Source: Bacteroidaceae bacterium (lineage in GTDB: Bacteria; Bacteroidota; Bacteroidia; Bacteroidales; Bacteroidaceae). Taken from it: 64,000 nucleotides of DNA. A program made the translations under genes and the position numbers. Shown here piece after piece: positions 49,651 through 60,500 of this stretch. The stretch lies in NCBI GenBank assembly GCA_017469685.1, contig JAFUFW010000055.1, forward strand, positions 40,044-104,043. The letters run 5' to 3'. Within the stretch, counting starts at the first letter, position 1; the number at the start of each line of letters is the position of its first letter. The notes under the pieces are model-generated. The model did not search any database. It was given only the letters and a program-made list of their open reading frames with translations, and was not told the origin of the DNA.

Positions 49651-50982
49651 ATGCTACAACGTCTTCTCCATTTCCTCGACGCCTCTCCCGTCAATTTCTT
49701 TGCAGTAAAGAACATTATTGCAGAGCTCGAATCTGCCGGCTACCGCCGCTTCGACGTACAGAAGCCTTTAGGCCGCGTTGCTGCAGGCGACAAGCTCTAC
49801 GCCACGAAGAACGACTCTTCGGTTTTCGCCTTCCACATCGGGCAAAAGCCATTGGCCGATGCCGGTTTCCGCATCATCTGTGCCCACGCCGACTCGCCAA
49901 CGTTCCGCATAAAGCCCAACGCGGAGATGACGTGCGAGGGCGGCATCGTGAAGCTCAACACCGAGGTCTACGGCGGTCCTATCATGTCGACGTGGTTCGA
50001 CCGCCCGCTGACCATCGCCGGGCGCGTCATCCTTCGCGGTGCCGATGCCTTCACGCCTGAGAGCGTGCTCATCCACGTGCGCCGGCCTCTGCTGCAGATC
50101 AGCAACTTAGCTATACACTTCAACCGTCAGGTGAACGACGGCGTGAAGCTGAGCAAGCAAAAGGACGTGCTGCCAATCTTAGGCATTATCAAGGACGAGC
50201 TGGAGCGCGGCCAGATGCTCATGAACATCATCCTCGAGGAGGTCAACCGCCAGCGCAGTGCTACGGCCGACGACATTCTCGACTTCGACCTCTACCTCGC
50301 CGACGCCCAGCCCGCCTGCACCTTCGGCGCGCACGACGAGTTCATCTCCTCTGGCCGTCTGGACGACCTCTCGATGTGCTACGCAGGCCTCGAAGCCATG
50401 CTCGCCACGTCTGTCATTGAGAGCCCAGAATTGGATAATGTAAGCGCTCCAGCCGTCACCAACGTGCTCGCCATCTTCGACAATGAAGAGACAGGCTCGC
50501 AGACCAAGCAGGGCGCAGGCAGCCCCTTCCTCGCATCAATCCTCGAGCGTATCGCACTGGCTCAGAGTGGAACGGCAGAGGCTTTCTACCAGGCTATTGA
50601 GCGCGCCTTCATGGTCTCGGCCGACAACGCCCACGCATGGCACCCCAACTACAGCGAGAAGTACGACCCGACGAACCACCCGCAGCTCGGCGGTGGCCCC
50701 GTGGTCAAGTTAAATGCCGCGCAGAAATATGCGAGCGACGCCGCCTCGGCAGCCGTCTTTGCCGAACTCTGCCGCAAGGCCGGCGTGCCCTGCCAGCGCT
50801 TCGTAAACCACAGCGACGTGGCTGGCGGCAGCACCCTCGGCAACATCCTCGCCTCCTCGCTGCCCCTGCGCGGCGTAGATATGGGCAATGCCATACTGGC
50901 AATGCACAGCTGCCGCGAGACAGGTGCCGTAGCCGACCACGAGTATGCTGTCCGCGCCTTCACAGAGTTCTTCCGCTCGTGA
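49651..50982 (+). CDS. M18-family (aspartyl) aminopeptidase
   Basis: Motifs CAHADSPTFRIKPN, FDNEETGSQTKQGA and MGNAILAMHSCRE. The length of about 443 aa fits the family. Confidence 0.85.
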   Translation: MLQRLLHFLDASPVNFFAVKNIIAELESAGYRRFDVQKPLGRVAAGDKLYATKNDSSVFAFHIGQKPLADAGFRIICAHADSPTFRIKPNAEMTCEGGIVKLNTEVYGGPIMSTWFDRPLTIAGRVILRGADAFTPESVLIHVRRPLLQISNLAIHFNRQVNDGVKLSKQKDVLPILGIIKDELERGQMLMNIILEEVNRQRSATADDILDFDLYLADAQPACTFGAHDEFISSGRLDDLSMCYAGLEAMLATSVIESPELDNVSAPAVTNVLAIFDNEETGSQTKQGAGSPFLASILERIALAQSGTAEAFYQAIERAFMVSADNAHAWHPNYSEKYDPTNHPQLGGGPVVKLNAAQKYASDAASAAVFAELCRKAGVPCQRFVNHSDVAGGSTLGNILASSLPLRGVDMGNAILAMHSCRETGAVADHEYAVRAFTEFFRS

Positions 50983-51085
50983 CCCTACAATCAATGACTG
51001 TCGAACCCGGCTTGCTGTTATCGCAGGCAAGCCGTGGAAGCCAGGACTGAGGGCATTTCAATCTCCGGTGTAAAGGAATGTTAAA

Positions 51086-51170
51086 ATAACCCTTAAGGGT
51101 TCAGCCAATAACCCTTAAGGGTTTCGCCCGGAACCCTGAAGGGTTTTGTGCGAAAGGCTTAAGGGTTTCT
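51086..51170. repeat. cluster of AACCCTnAAGGGTT palindromic repeats (REP-like), second locus
   Basis: aacccttaagggtt at 51088-51101 and 51110-51123, aaccctgaagggtt at 51132-51145, and a degenerate aggcttaagggtt at 51155-51167. Confidence 0.7.
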
Positions 51171-51298
51171 GGAGGAGGCTCTGACAAAGAATAAAGGCAG
51201 CACCGTTCGCATCGACATTTCCGGCCGAATGTATCGGCCTTATCCGACCATTTGTTCTTGCATTCTCAATTGATTGAGCCTACTCTTCCAGCCAACAA

Positions 51299-51343
51299 CA
51301 GAAAAGGGGATGTGTCAGCGTATATGACACATCCCCTTTTCTG
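51299..51343. terminator. bidirectional terminator hairpin between the M18 aminopeptidase and uvrB genes
   Basis: The 19-bp perfect stem cagaaaaggggatgtgtca / tgacacatccccttttctg has a 7-nt loop and T-rich flanks on both strands. Confidence 0.75.
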
Positions 51344-51394
51344 TTTATGCACGCCCCGCAGTAGCTAACGATGGCGGGAGCATAAGTTGACTGC

Positions 51395-53491
<2,097 letters not shown>

Positions 53492-53518
53492 GCCCGGCGG
53501 TTCTGATTAATGAGTTTG

Positions 53519-53526
53519 CAAAGTTC
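53519..53526 (-). promoter_or_regulatory. candidate -7 box (GAACTTTG) for uvrB
   Basis: The minus strand reads gaactttgcaaa, about 28 nt upstream of the ATG at 53491. It lacks the TA of the consensus. Confidence 0.3.
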
Positions 53527-53663
53527 TCCATTTTTCATGATTTGTCAAAAGAAATCAAGATGAAATATGCCATCAGGCATTAATTTTACCCATCAAGGGA
53601 TGCCGCTCATACAAAATTATATTAAAAAATGGCTCCAGACTTTGTCATATCGGCAGAAAGACG

Positions 53664-53671
53664 TACCTTTG
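53664..53671 (+). promoter_or_regulatory. -7 promoter box (TACCTTTG) for bamD
   Basis: tacctttgcac lies about 19 nt upstream of the ATG at 53690. Confidence 0.5.
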
Positions 53672-53689
53672 CACGCAATTTGGATTATT

Positions 53690-54538
53690 ATGAGAAGTCG
53701 CATCCTGACAATACTTCTTCTGGGCACGCTCGCACTGACTGGTTGCGGAGAGTACAATGCCGTGCAGAAGTATGCCGACACAGAATATAAATATGAATAT
53801 GCCAAGGCGTGCTACGCCCGGGGCCGCTACTCGCGCGCTTACGAGGCGCTCACTGGCATCATCACTGCCATGAAAGGCAGCGGCTACGGCGAAGAAAGCC
53901 TCTACCTGATGGGCATGAGCGCCTACAACAGCGGAGATCTGACAGCTGCCGCCGAGACCTTCCGCAAGTACTATCAGAGCTACCCACGCGGCATCTACGT
54001 AGAGGACGCCAACTACTACTGCGGACGTGCGCTCTACGATGCCGTGCCCGACCCGCGGCTCGACCAGGAGACCACGAAGCAGGCCATATCCGAGCTACAG
54101 CACTTCCTCGACAACTACCCCTACACACGACTAAAGGAGCAGACCGAGGACATGATACAGAAGCTGCAGGACCACCTCGTAGAGAAGGAATACCTATCGG
54201 CAAAACTCTACTACGACCTGGGCGACTACATCCTCAACAGCCTACAAGGCGGCTCAAACTACGAAGCATGCATCGTGACGTCTGAGAACGCACTGCGCGA
54301 CTATCCCTTCGCCAAGGCCGAGCGACGCGAGCAGTTCCTGTTGATGATCCTGCGCTCACGCTATAACCTGGCACGCCAGAGCATCAACACGAAACAGACC
54401 GAGCGCTTCCGCCAGACCATCGACGACTACTACGCCTTCGTCAATGAGTTCCCCGAGTCGCAGTATCTAAAAGAAGCACAGACCTACCTCACCAAGAGCC
54501 AGAAAGCCCTCAAAGGGCTGCCCATTGAGGACGATTGA
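53690..54538 (+). CDS. bamD: outer membrane protein assembly factor BamD (TPR lipoprotein)
   Basis: Lipoprotein signal MRSRILTILLLGTLALTGC and TPR-like helices. An rpoZ-like gene follows, as is usual in Bacteroidota. Confidence 0.75.
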   Translation: MRSRILTILLLGTLALTGCGEYNAVQKYADTEYKYEYAKACYARGRYSRAYEALTGIITAMKGSGYGEESLYLMGMSAYNSGDLTAAAETFRKYYQSYPRGIYVEDANYYCGRALYDAVPDPRLDQETTKQAISELQHFLDNYPYTRLKEQTEDMIQKLQDHLVEKEYLSAKLYYDLGDYILNSLQGGSNYEACIVTSENALRDYPFAKAERREQFLLMILRSRYNLARQSINTKQTERFRQTIDDYYAFVNEFPESQYLKEAQTYLTKSQKALKGLPIEDD

Positions 54539-54590
54539 GGTAGAGGATAAAAGCTAAATTATTGAATCGTAAAATCGTCATATTATAATA

Positions 54591-54929
54591 ATGGATTACA
54601 AAAAGTCAAACGCACCAACCAACACCGTGACGCAGAACATCATGGAGCTCTGCGAAGACACGGGCAACATCTACGAGAGCGTAGCTATCATTGCCAAGCG
54701 CGCCAACCAAATCTCCTCCGACCTCAAGAGCGAGATATCAAAGAAGCTGCAGGAGTTCGCTTCAACAAACGACAACCTCGACGAGGTCTTCGAGAACCGC
54801 GAGCAGATCGAGATCAGCCGCTTCTATGAGAAAATGCCTAAGCCAAGCCTCATCGCCACACAAGAGTTCCGCGACGGCAAGGTCTACTTCCGCAATCCTG
54901 CCAAGGACAACGAGGAAGAGGACTATTAA
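54591..54929 (+). CDS. rpoZ: DNA-directed RNA polymerase subunit omega (Bacteroidota type)
   Basis: 112 aa with NIYESVAIIAKRANQI (Rpb6/omega core). Its position between bamD and a DUF4293 gene fits. Confidence 0.7.
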   Translation: MDYKKSNAPTNTVTQNIMELCEDTGNIYESVAIIAKRANQISSDLKSEISKKLQEFASTNDNLDEVFENREQIEISRFYEKMPKPSLIATQEFRDGKVYFRNPAKDNEEEDY

Positions 54930-54944
54930 GAAGAACACGGCATC

Positions 54945-55478
54945 ATGATCCAACGCATCCAGACAATCTATCTGCTTCTGGCCGTTGCCGCACTTACGGC
55001 ATGCCTCTGCCTGCCCATAGGCAGCTTCGTAGCCACGCAGACTGGCGAGCCAATGGCCACGCTCTACAACCTTTGGGTCCACCTGCCTTCGCAGATTGGC
55101 GACACTCTAAGCCCGGCAACCACCGCTGGCAGCACTGAACCCATTTTGGCATCAGACGCCGTAGGCCACCACCTCTTCACGCCCTGGGCGCTCTTCGCAG
55201 TGCTGCTGCTCGCCACTGCAGGCCTGGCCTTCAGCATCTTCATCTTCAAGCAGCGACTGGTGCAGTCGCGCCTGGTGATGCTTTGCTGCATACTCATCGT
55301 CGGATGGTACGCCGTCTATACAGCCTTCGCATTCATCCTGCCTAAGGATCTCAACCTCGACTTCCGCCCCACCCCGTGGGCTGCCCTGCCGGCCATAGCC
55401 TGCATTTTCAGCTTTTTAGCTTTCAGGGCCATTCTGAAGGATGAGATGCTCATCCGCTCGCTCGACCGCCTGCGATAA
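54945..55478 (+). CDS. DUF4293-family membrane protein
   Basis: It starts MIQRIQTIYLLLA and has about 4 TM helices. Confidence 0.65.
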   Translation: MIQRIQTIYLLLAVAALTACLCLPIGSFVATQTGEPMATLYNLWVHLPSQIGDTLSPATTAGSTEPILASDAVGHHLFTPWALFAVLLLATAGLAFSIFIFKQRLVQSRLVMLCCILIVGWYAVYTAFAFILPKDLNLDFRPTPWAALPAIACIFSFLAFRAILKDEMLIRSLDRLR

Positions 55479-55505
55479 CCACCAACCACACAGCCACGAC
55501 ATTAT

Positions 55506-56651
55506 ATGCGACACACTCTCATCACACTGGCAGCTTCACTAATCCTGACAGCAGCAACGGCAACAGCCGTGGCTCAGGTGACGACCGGCTACGTGCGCAT
55601 GGGAGTGGCCCTGCCGCTGAAGGAACGCTCGCCGCGAGGCGTCAAGATGGTGGAGTTCTATCAGGGACTGCTCATGGCCGTAGACAGCATGAAGCACCAA
55701 GGCTGTGCTGTCAGCGTAGTGGCACACCACTGCGGAAGCACGGCAGCACAGATGGACTCGCTACTGGCTACCAACCCGTTTGTCAACTGCGATGTCGTGT
55801 TCGGACCGCTCGACGCAGCACAGATACCTGCGCTCACCGACTACTGCGCCCTCAAAGGCATACGCCTCGTAGTGCCATTCTCAGCCCTCACGACAGCCAT
55901 CGACGGGCATCCGCGCAACTACCTCGTGAACGTCCCTCGCAGCATGGTGCAGAAAGAGGCTGCATGGTTCGCGCAGAATCTTTTCTCTGACGAGAACATA
56001 GTCATCGTTGACTGCAACGAAAGCAACGACGAAGGCAACGCTATGGCTGAGCGGCTGCGAATGACTATGGACGAGCGTGGAATCGAAGTTCGCCAGGTGA
56101 AAGTAGATGCTGACGACTATGAGTTCGACGCAATCCTTAACCCTGACAAGAAAAACGTACTACTGCCCAACTCAGCAAGCCTCGGAGCCCTCAATGCCTT
56201 GAGAGAGCGAATGCGTTCCTTCGCCTCTGCTCACCCTGGATTCAGCATCTCATTTTTCGGCTATCCGGCGTGGCAGACCTACACCTCGCAGATACAAAGC
56301 GACCTGTTCCAGTTCGATACCTACGTCTACACTCCATTCTACCGCGACGCACAAAGCCCTGACGTGCTGCAGTTCGAGCAGAGCTTCGAGCAAAACTTCA
56401 GCTGGCCCGTGCAGCGCACCTTCCCGCGCTACGCCCTGCTCGGATTCGACGTAGGATATTACTTTCTCAAAGGCCTCGGACAGTTCGGCAAGGACTTCGA
56501 GGCAAACCTCGTAGCGACCGTCACACAACCGCTACAAAACCCATTGCGCTTTGAGCGGACCGACGACGGCGACGGCTACGTCAACACCTTCGTGCAGTTA
56601 GTCCACTACGCCAACTATCAAGCCGTAGAAATACTCTACCGCAACCAGTAA
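55506..56651 (+). CDS. periplasmic-binding-protein type 1-like (ABC substrate-binding-like) secreted protein
   Basis: A signal peptide is followed by alternating beta-alpha sequence (VRMGVALPL...VVFGPLDAAQ...RLVVPFSA) that resembles the Peripla_BP_6 fold. No transporter genes lie adjacent. Confidence 0.45.
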   Translation: MRHTLITLAASLILTAATATAVAQVTTGYVRMGVALPLKERSPRGVKMVEFYQGLLMAVDSMKHQGCAVSVVAHHCGSTAAQMDSLLATNPFVNCDVVFGPLDAAQIPALTDYCALKGIRLVVPFSALTTAIDGHPRNYLVNVPRSMVQKEAAWFAQNLFSDENIVIVDCNESNDEGNAMAERLRMTMDERGIEVRQVKVDADDYEFDAILNPDKKNVLLPNSASLGALNALRERMRSFASAHPGFSISFFGYPAWQTYTSQIQSDLFQFDTYVYTPFYRDAQSPDVLQFEQSFEQNFSWPVQRTFPRYALLGFDVGYYFLKGLGQFGKDFEANLVATVTQPLQNPLRFERTDDGDGYVNTFVQLVHYANYQAVEILYRNQ

Positions 56652-56655
56652 AGAG

Positions 56656-57372
56656 ATGAAAGCGGCACACCTCATCGCCACATTAGCTCTGTGCGCGGCT
56701 CCCTCTGCCATGAAGGCCCAGGTGGGAAAGCCGCGCAACGACTTTGCCATAGGCATCAACGGAGGATACATTATTAATAAGGTAGACTTCAGCCCCACAA
56801 TCAAGCAACAATGGAAAGGCGGCGAAACCTTCGGCCTCAGCCTGCGCTACACCTGCGAGAAGTATTTCTCTGCCATCTGCGCTGTAGCGGCAGAGGTAAA
56901 CTACGCCAACATGGGTTGGCGCGAACTCATCGAGACGACCGACGAGACCTATAGCCGCGACGTACGCTATGTGCAAGTGCCTATCTTCGCACGCATGGGA
57001 TGGGGGCGCGAAAGGCGTGGCGGACAGTTCTTCATCCAAGTGGGCCCGCAAGTAGGTTTCTGCATCGGAGAGAAGGCACACCTCGGAGGTGATTGGACAG
57101 CCGACTCACCTGGCAGGCGACCCAACGGAGTCGTAGAGCAGTACACGCTCGATGTTGAGAACCCTTTTGAATATGGTATCGTCGGCGGCGCTGGCGTAGA
57201 ACTAAGCACACGTGCCGGGCACCTCATTCTCGACGGCCGCTACTACTTCGGACTCTCCGACATGTTCCACAACGGCAAGAAAGACCCCTTCGGGCGATCG
57301 GCCAACGGAGCCATTATGCTTAAGCTCAGCTACCTCTTCGACATCGTTCGCACGAAGGGGGAGATAAAATAG
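56656..57372 (+). CDS. outer-membrane beta-barrel (porin family) protein
   Basis: Signal peptide MKAAHLIATLALCAAPSAMKAQ. Alternating strands and Gly/aromatic-rich turns fit a barrel, and the size is about 238 aa. Confidence 0.6.
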   Translation: MKAAHLIATLALCAAPSAMKAQVGKPRNDFAIGINGGYIINKVDFSPTIKQQWKGGETFGLSLRYTCEKYFSAICAVAAEVNYANMGWRELIETTDETYSRDVRYVQVPIFARMGWGRERRGGQFFIQVGPQVGFCIGEKAHLGGDWTADSPGRRPNGVVEQYTLDVENPFEYGIVGGAGVELSTRAGHLILDGRYYFGLSDMFHNGKKDPFGRSANGAIMLKLSYLFDIVRTKGEIK

Positions 57373-57462
57373 ATTAGAGTTAGGGATTAGAGGTTAGTAA
57401 TTAGAGGTTAGAGATAAGAGATAAGAGATTTGGGATTAGAGATTAGGGCTGAGTGTTGAGAT
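57372..57462 (+). repeat. GATTAGRG-type degenerate repeat tract
   Basis: agattagagttagggattagaggttagtaattagaggttagagataagagataagagatttgggattagagattaggg. Confidence 0.6.
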
Positions 57463-57491
57463 AATAGTGACAGATAGTCAAGCGTATAATG

Positions 57492-57545
57492 ATATCAACG
57501 TAAAAAAGGCGCGCCATTGCTGGCACGCCTTTTTTACGTTGATAT
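57492..57545. terminator. bidirectional terminator between the porin gene and the giant T9SS cargo gene
   Basis: atatcaacgtaaaaaaggcgcgcca / tggcacgccttttttacgttgatat is a roughly 24-bp inverted repeat with one mismatch. A/T tracts lie inside both arms. Confidence 0.75.
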
Positions 57546-57558
57546 TGGTCTTATGTCT

Positions 57559-60500
57559 TTACTTTACAGAGACCTTCTTGCCGTTGACAATGTAGATACC
57601 GCTCTTCTGTACCTTCTCAACCTTGCGGCCACTGAGGTCGAAGATAGTGCCGGCATTGTCGAAGCCATTGATACCGCGGATGCCATCGGCTTCGTCAGTA
57701 GCGATAGCCTTATCGACAGTCTTCTCATCAGCACCGAAGTAAACGTCGTCGACGACAGAGTTGTCGAGAGTCAGCTTCAGCACAGGAGTGTCGTTGCCTT
57801 CCTTCGTACCTTCAAGAGCAATCTTGTAGGTAACCGAACCAGTGCCACGGCCAATGGTGATCGTCTGAGGAGCCCATGCGGGCAGCACGTAGTTGGCAGT
57901 AGTGCCATCCTCGCTGATCTCAGCCTCAACACCTGTGACGGTGAACTCAGGCAGCTCGGCGCCCGTAACAGGCATCGTGAAGCCGGAGAAGGTGATGTCG
58001 TAGGTGCCTTCTTCCTCGCCCTCGGCGATGGTCACAGTCTGCTCACCAGTAGCTTCGCCCTGCTTACCCGTCTGCGGGTGAGAGAGAATCTGCTTGATGA
58101 TGCCGTCGAAGGTGCCAACGAGGTTCACAGCGGGCTTAGAGCTCAGAGTGATGTTGTAGGCAACATATTCCTTAGTCTCTTCGTTGACGAAGTAGAAGGT
58201 TGTGGTGGCGTTCTCCTCGAGAGCTTCCTTAGTCCAGGCCTGGAAGGTGAAGGTCGTCCAGTCCTCTGCAGGAATGAGGCTTACGCCAAAGGTGCCGTTG
58301 TCGTAGACATCAGCCGTGCCGTCAGCGAGGCACCAGAAGCCAGGAGCTGGATCGCATGAGTAGTTCGTAGCGAAGGTCTCACCGACCTCGTCGGCTGCAC
58401 CCTTGCCATAAACCTCGCTCCACATCTCGCCGATGAGTTCGCTTACAGCGGCCTCCTCGAAGGCTTCAGACTCCTGACCGTCGAAGGCTACGCCCTCTTC
58501 GGAAGCGAAGATAGTGACGTCGAAGCTGCCCTTCTCAGTGTAGTCAGCCAGATACTTGGCAGGCTGATCAACAAAGTTGACGTTGATGTTATAGACAACA
58601 ATCTTGCCCTCAGAGTAGATGCGGAAGCGTGCCGTGAAGGTCTCGCCGACCTCAGGAACGTTGTCGTTGCCCATATCGTAGATAGCAAACTGCTCGGGCT
58701 CTTCAACGAACTTGACGCAGACAGCTGCATCTCCGCCCCACTGCTGGTAGTCGCCGTCGGCATTACGCCAACCATCGTAGCGGACATAGTCCTCAACATC
58801 AGCATCGGTGGTGACGTCAACGCCATAGATTGAAGCATAATCGAGGCTTTCGATGCCGAGGTACTCAAGAGCTTCGGTGAAGTCAACCTCGTAGTTGAGG
58901 CCGTTCTGACCCTTGTAGTAGTCAACGTCAACATCCAGAACGAGAGCATCGCCGGGCTCAGCTACAGGCTCAACAAGGATGGTTGAACCGGCGTCGCGAC
59001 GACCAGAAGTGCTATTCCAGTAAGCAAGCGGACCTGTTGAGCCGCCAGCCTGGTTGACGTAGTTGTTAGGCGTGCCTTTCTCGCGGAGAACAAAGCCGTC
59101 GCCATTTCCGAAGATATCCCAAGCGTAGCTGCCTTCGCGCATGACAGCACAGTACGTGCTGACAGGCTCACCTTCCTCTGTTGTATTTTCTACAGTCTCG
59201 GGCTGGAGGCTCCAGCTACCGCTAAGTGAGCGGTTGTAAAGCACTACATTGTAAGGATTGCCGACGAAAGCCCACTGGCTTGTTTCTGCGGTGAGGTCTT
59301 TGTCCGTTGTCGGATAGTAAGGTTCTGTTTCGTCAAGAGCAATCCAGTAGTCGCCACGTATCTTCATGTTGTACCACTTGGCGTCCTCGAAGCTCTCAGA
59401 GAATTCGAACGGACCAATCCATTCAGCTGTAACAGTGACCTTCTTAGTGTCTTCTGTAATCTCCTCGACGTCGAAGGTATATTCGCAAAGCTCATTGTCG
59501 AGTTCTGCAGGCAGCTCAGGAGCAGAGCCAACAGCGTTGGAGGCTGTAGCAGTGCCAACGACCTCACCATCGTAGACGAGCTCATATTCTACGTCTATAA
59601 GCTTGGTGTTGAACACCTTTTCCATCTCTTCGAATACGTCAACGTCAGCGACTTCAGTAAGTTCCTGCTTGTTGCCATCATCAGGAGTGCTCCAAGTATT
59701 GAGCGCGTAAGCGCCGGAGTTCTGCATGTTGAAGTAGATCAGGCCGTCGGTGAAGAAGAAGCAGTGGTCCTTTCCGCTGGTGGCTACGATGCGATAGTCT
59801 ACGGGATCACCCTTACCTTCGAAGAGGCTACCATCTTTCTTCAGGAACTTCTTGGCACCCACGCTGTAGATGTAGAGTTCTGAACCGTCATAGTAGAAAG
59901 CGAACTGCTTGTCTGCTTCTGACGCATTGGGGTTGGTTGCAACAGAAGCGAGCCCGTTGCCGACTGCCCACTGTCCGCGGTTGGTGGTAATGTTGAACAC
60001 CTTGTGCGAATCAATAGCGCCGTTCTCCAGCATAGCCAAAGCTTCAGTAGCATCGAATTCGCCAACTTTCTCTATGGTAACCTTATTGCCATCGTCGGCT
60101 GTTGACCATGTATCCCAAGTCCACTGGTTACCACCAATGTTGATGGTGTAAGGAGTGTTGGCGGACTTAACAATTACGTAGCTGTCGTATTCGTTGACCT
60201 CGACAGGAGTTGGCATACCTTCTACGAGGTACTTCTGAGGCTGGATGAACTTGCCGGCACCAACGCTGTAGAGGAACTTCTCGCCGTCCTTCTCAATGAA
60301 GGCAAACTTGAAGGCGTCTGTAACCTCGTCGGGAAGTGTGCCATAGTGCATACAATTGTTAGCCTCGTCGTACATCCAAGCGCCACGGGCTGTGTTAGCG
60401 GTGAACACATCAGCAGGATTCTCAAATACAGATTGAACCTTGATGCTGACGGGCTGGAAGGCTGTCAAGCCATAGATACTGTAGATGTAGCCTTCAACTT

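Noticed and set aside
57372-57462. TTAGGG-like units read as genuine telomeric sequence.
   Set aside because: The context is internal to a bacterial gene array. The units are degenerate, and a second tract lies mid-window.
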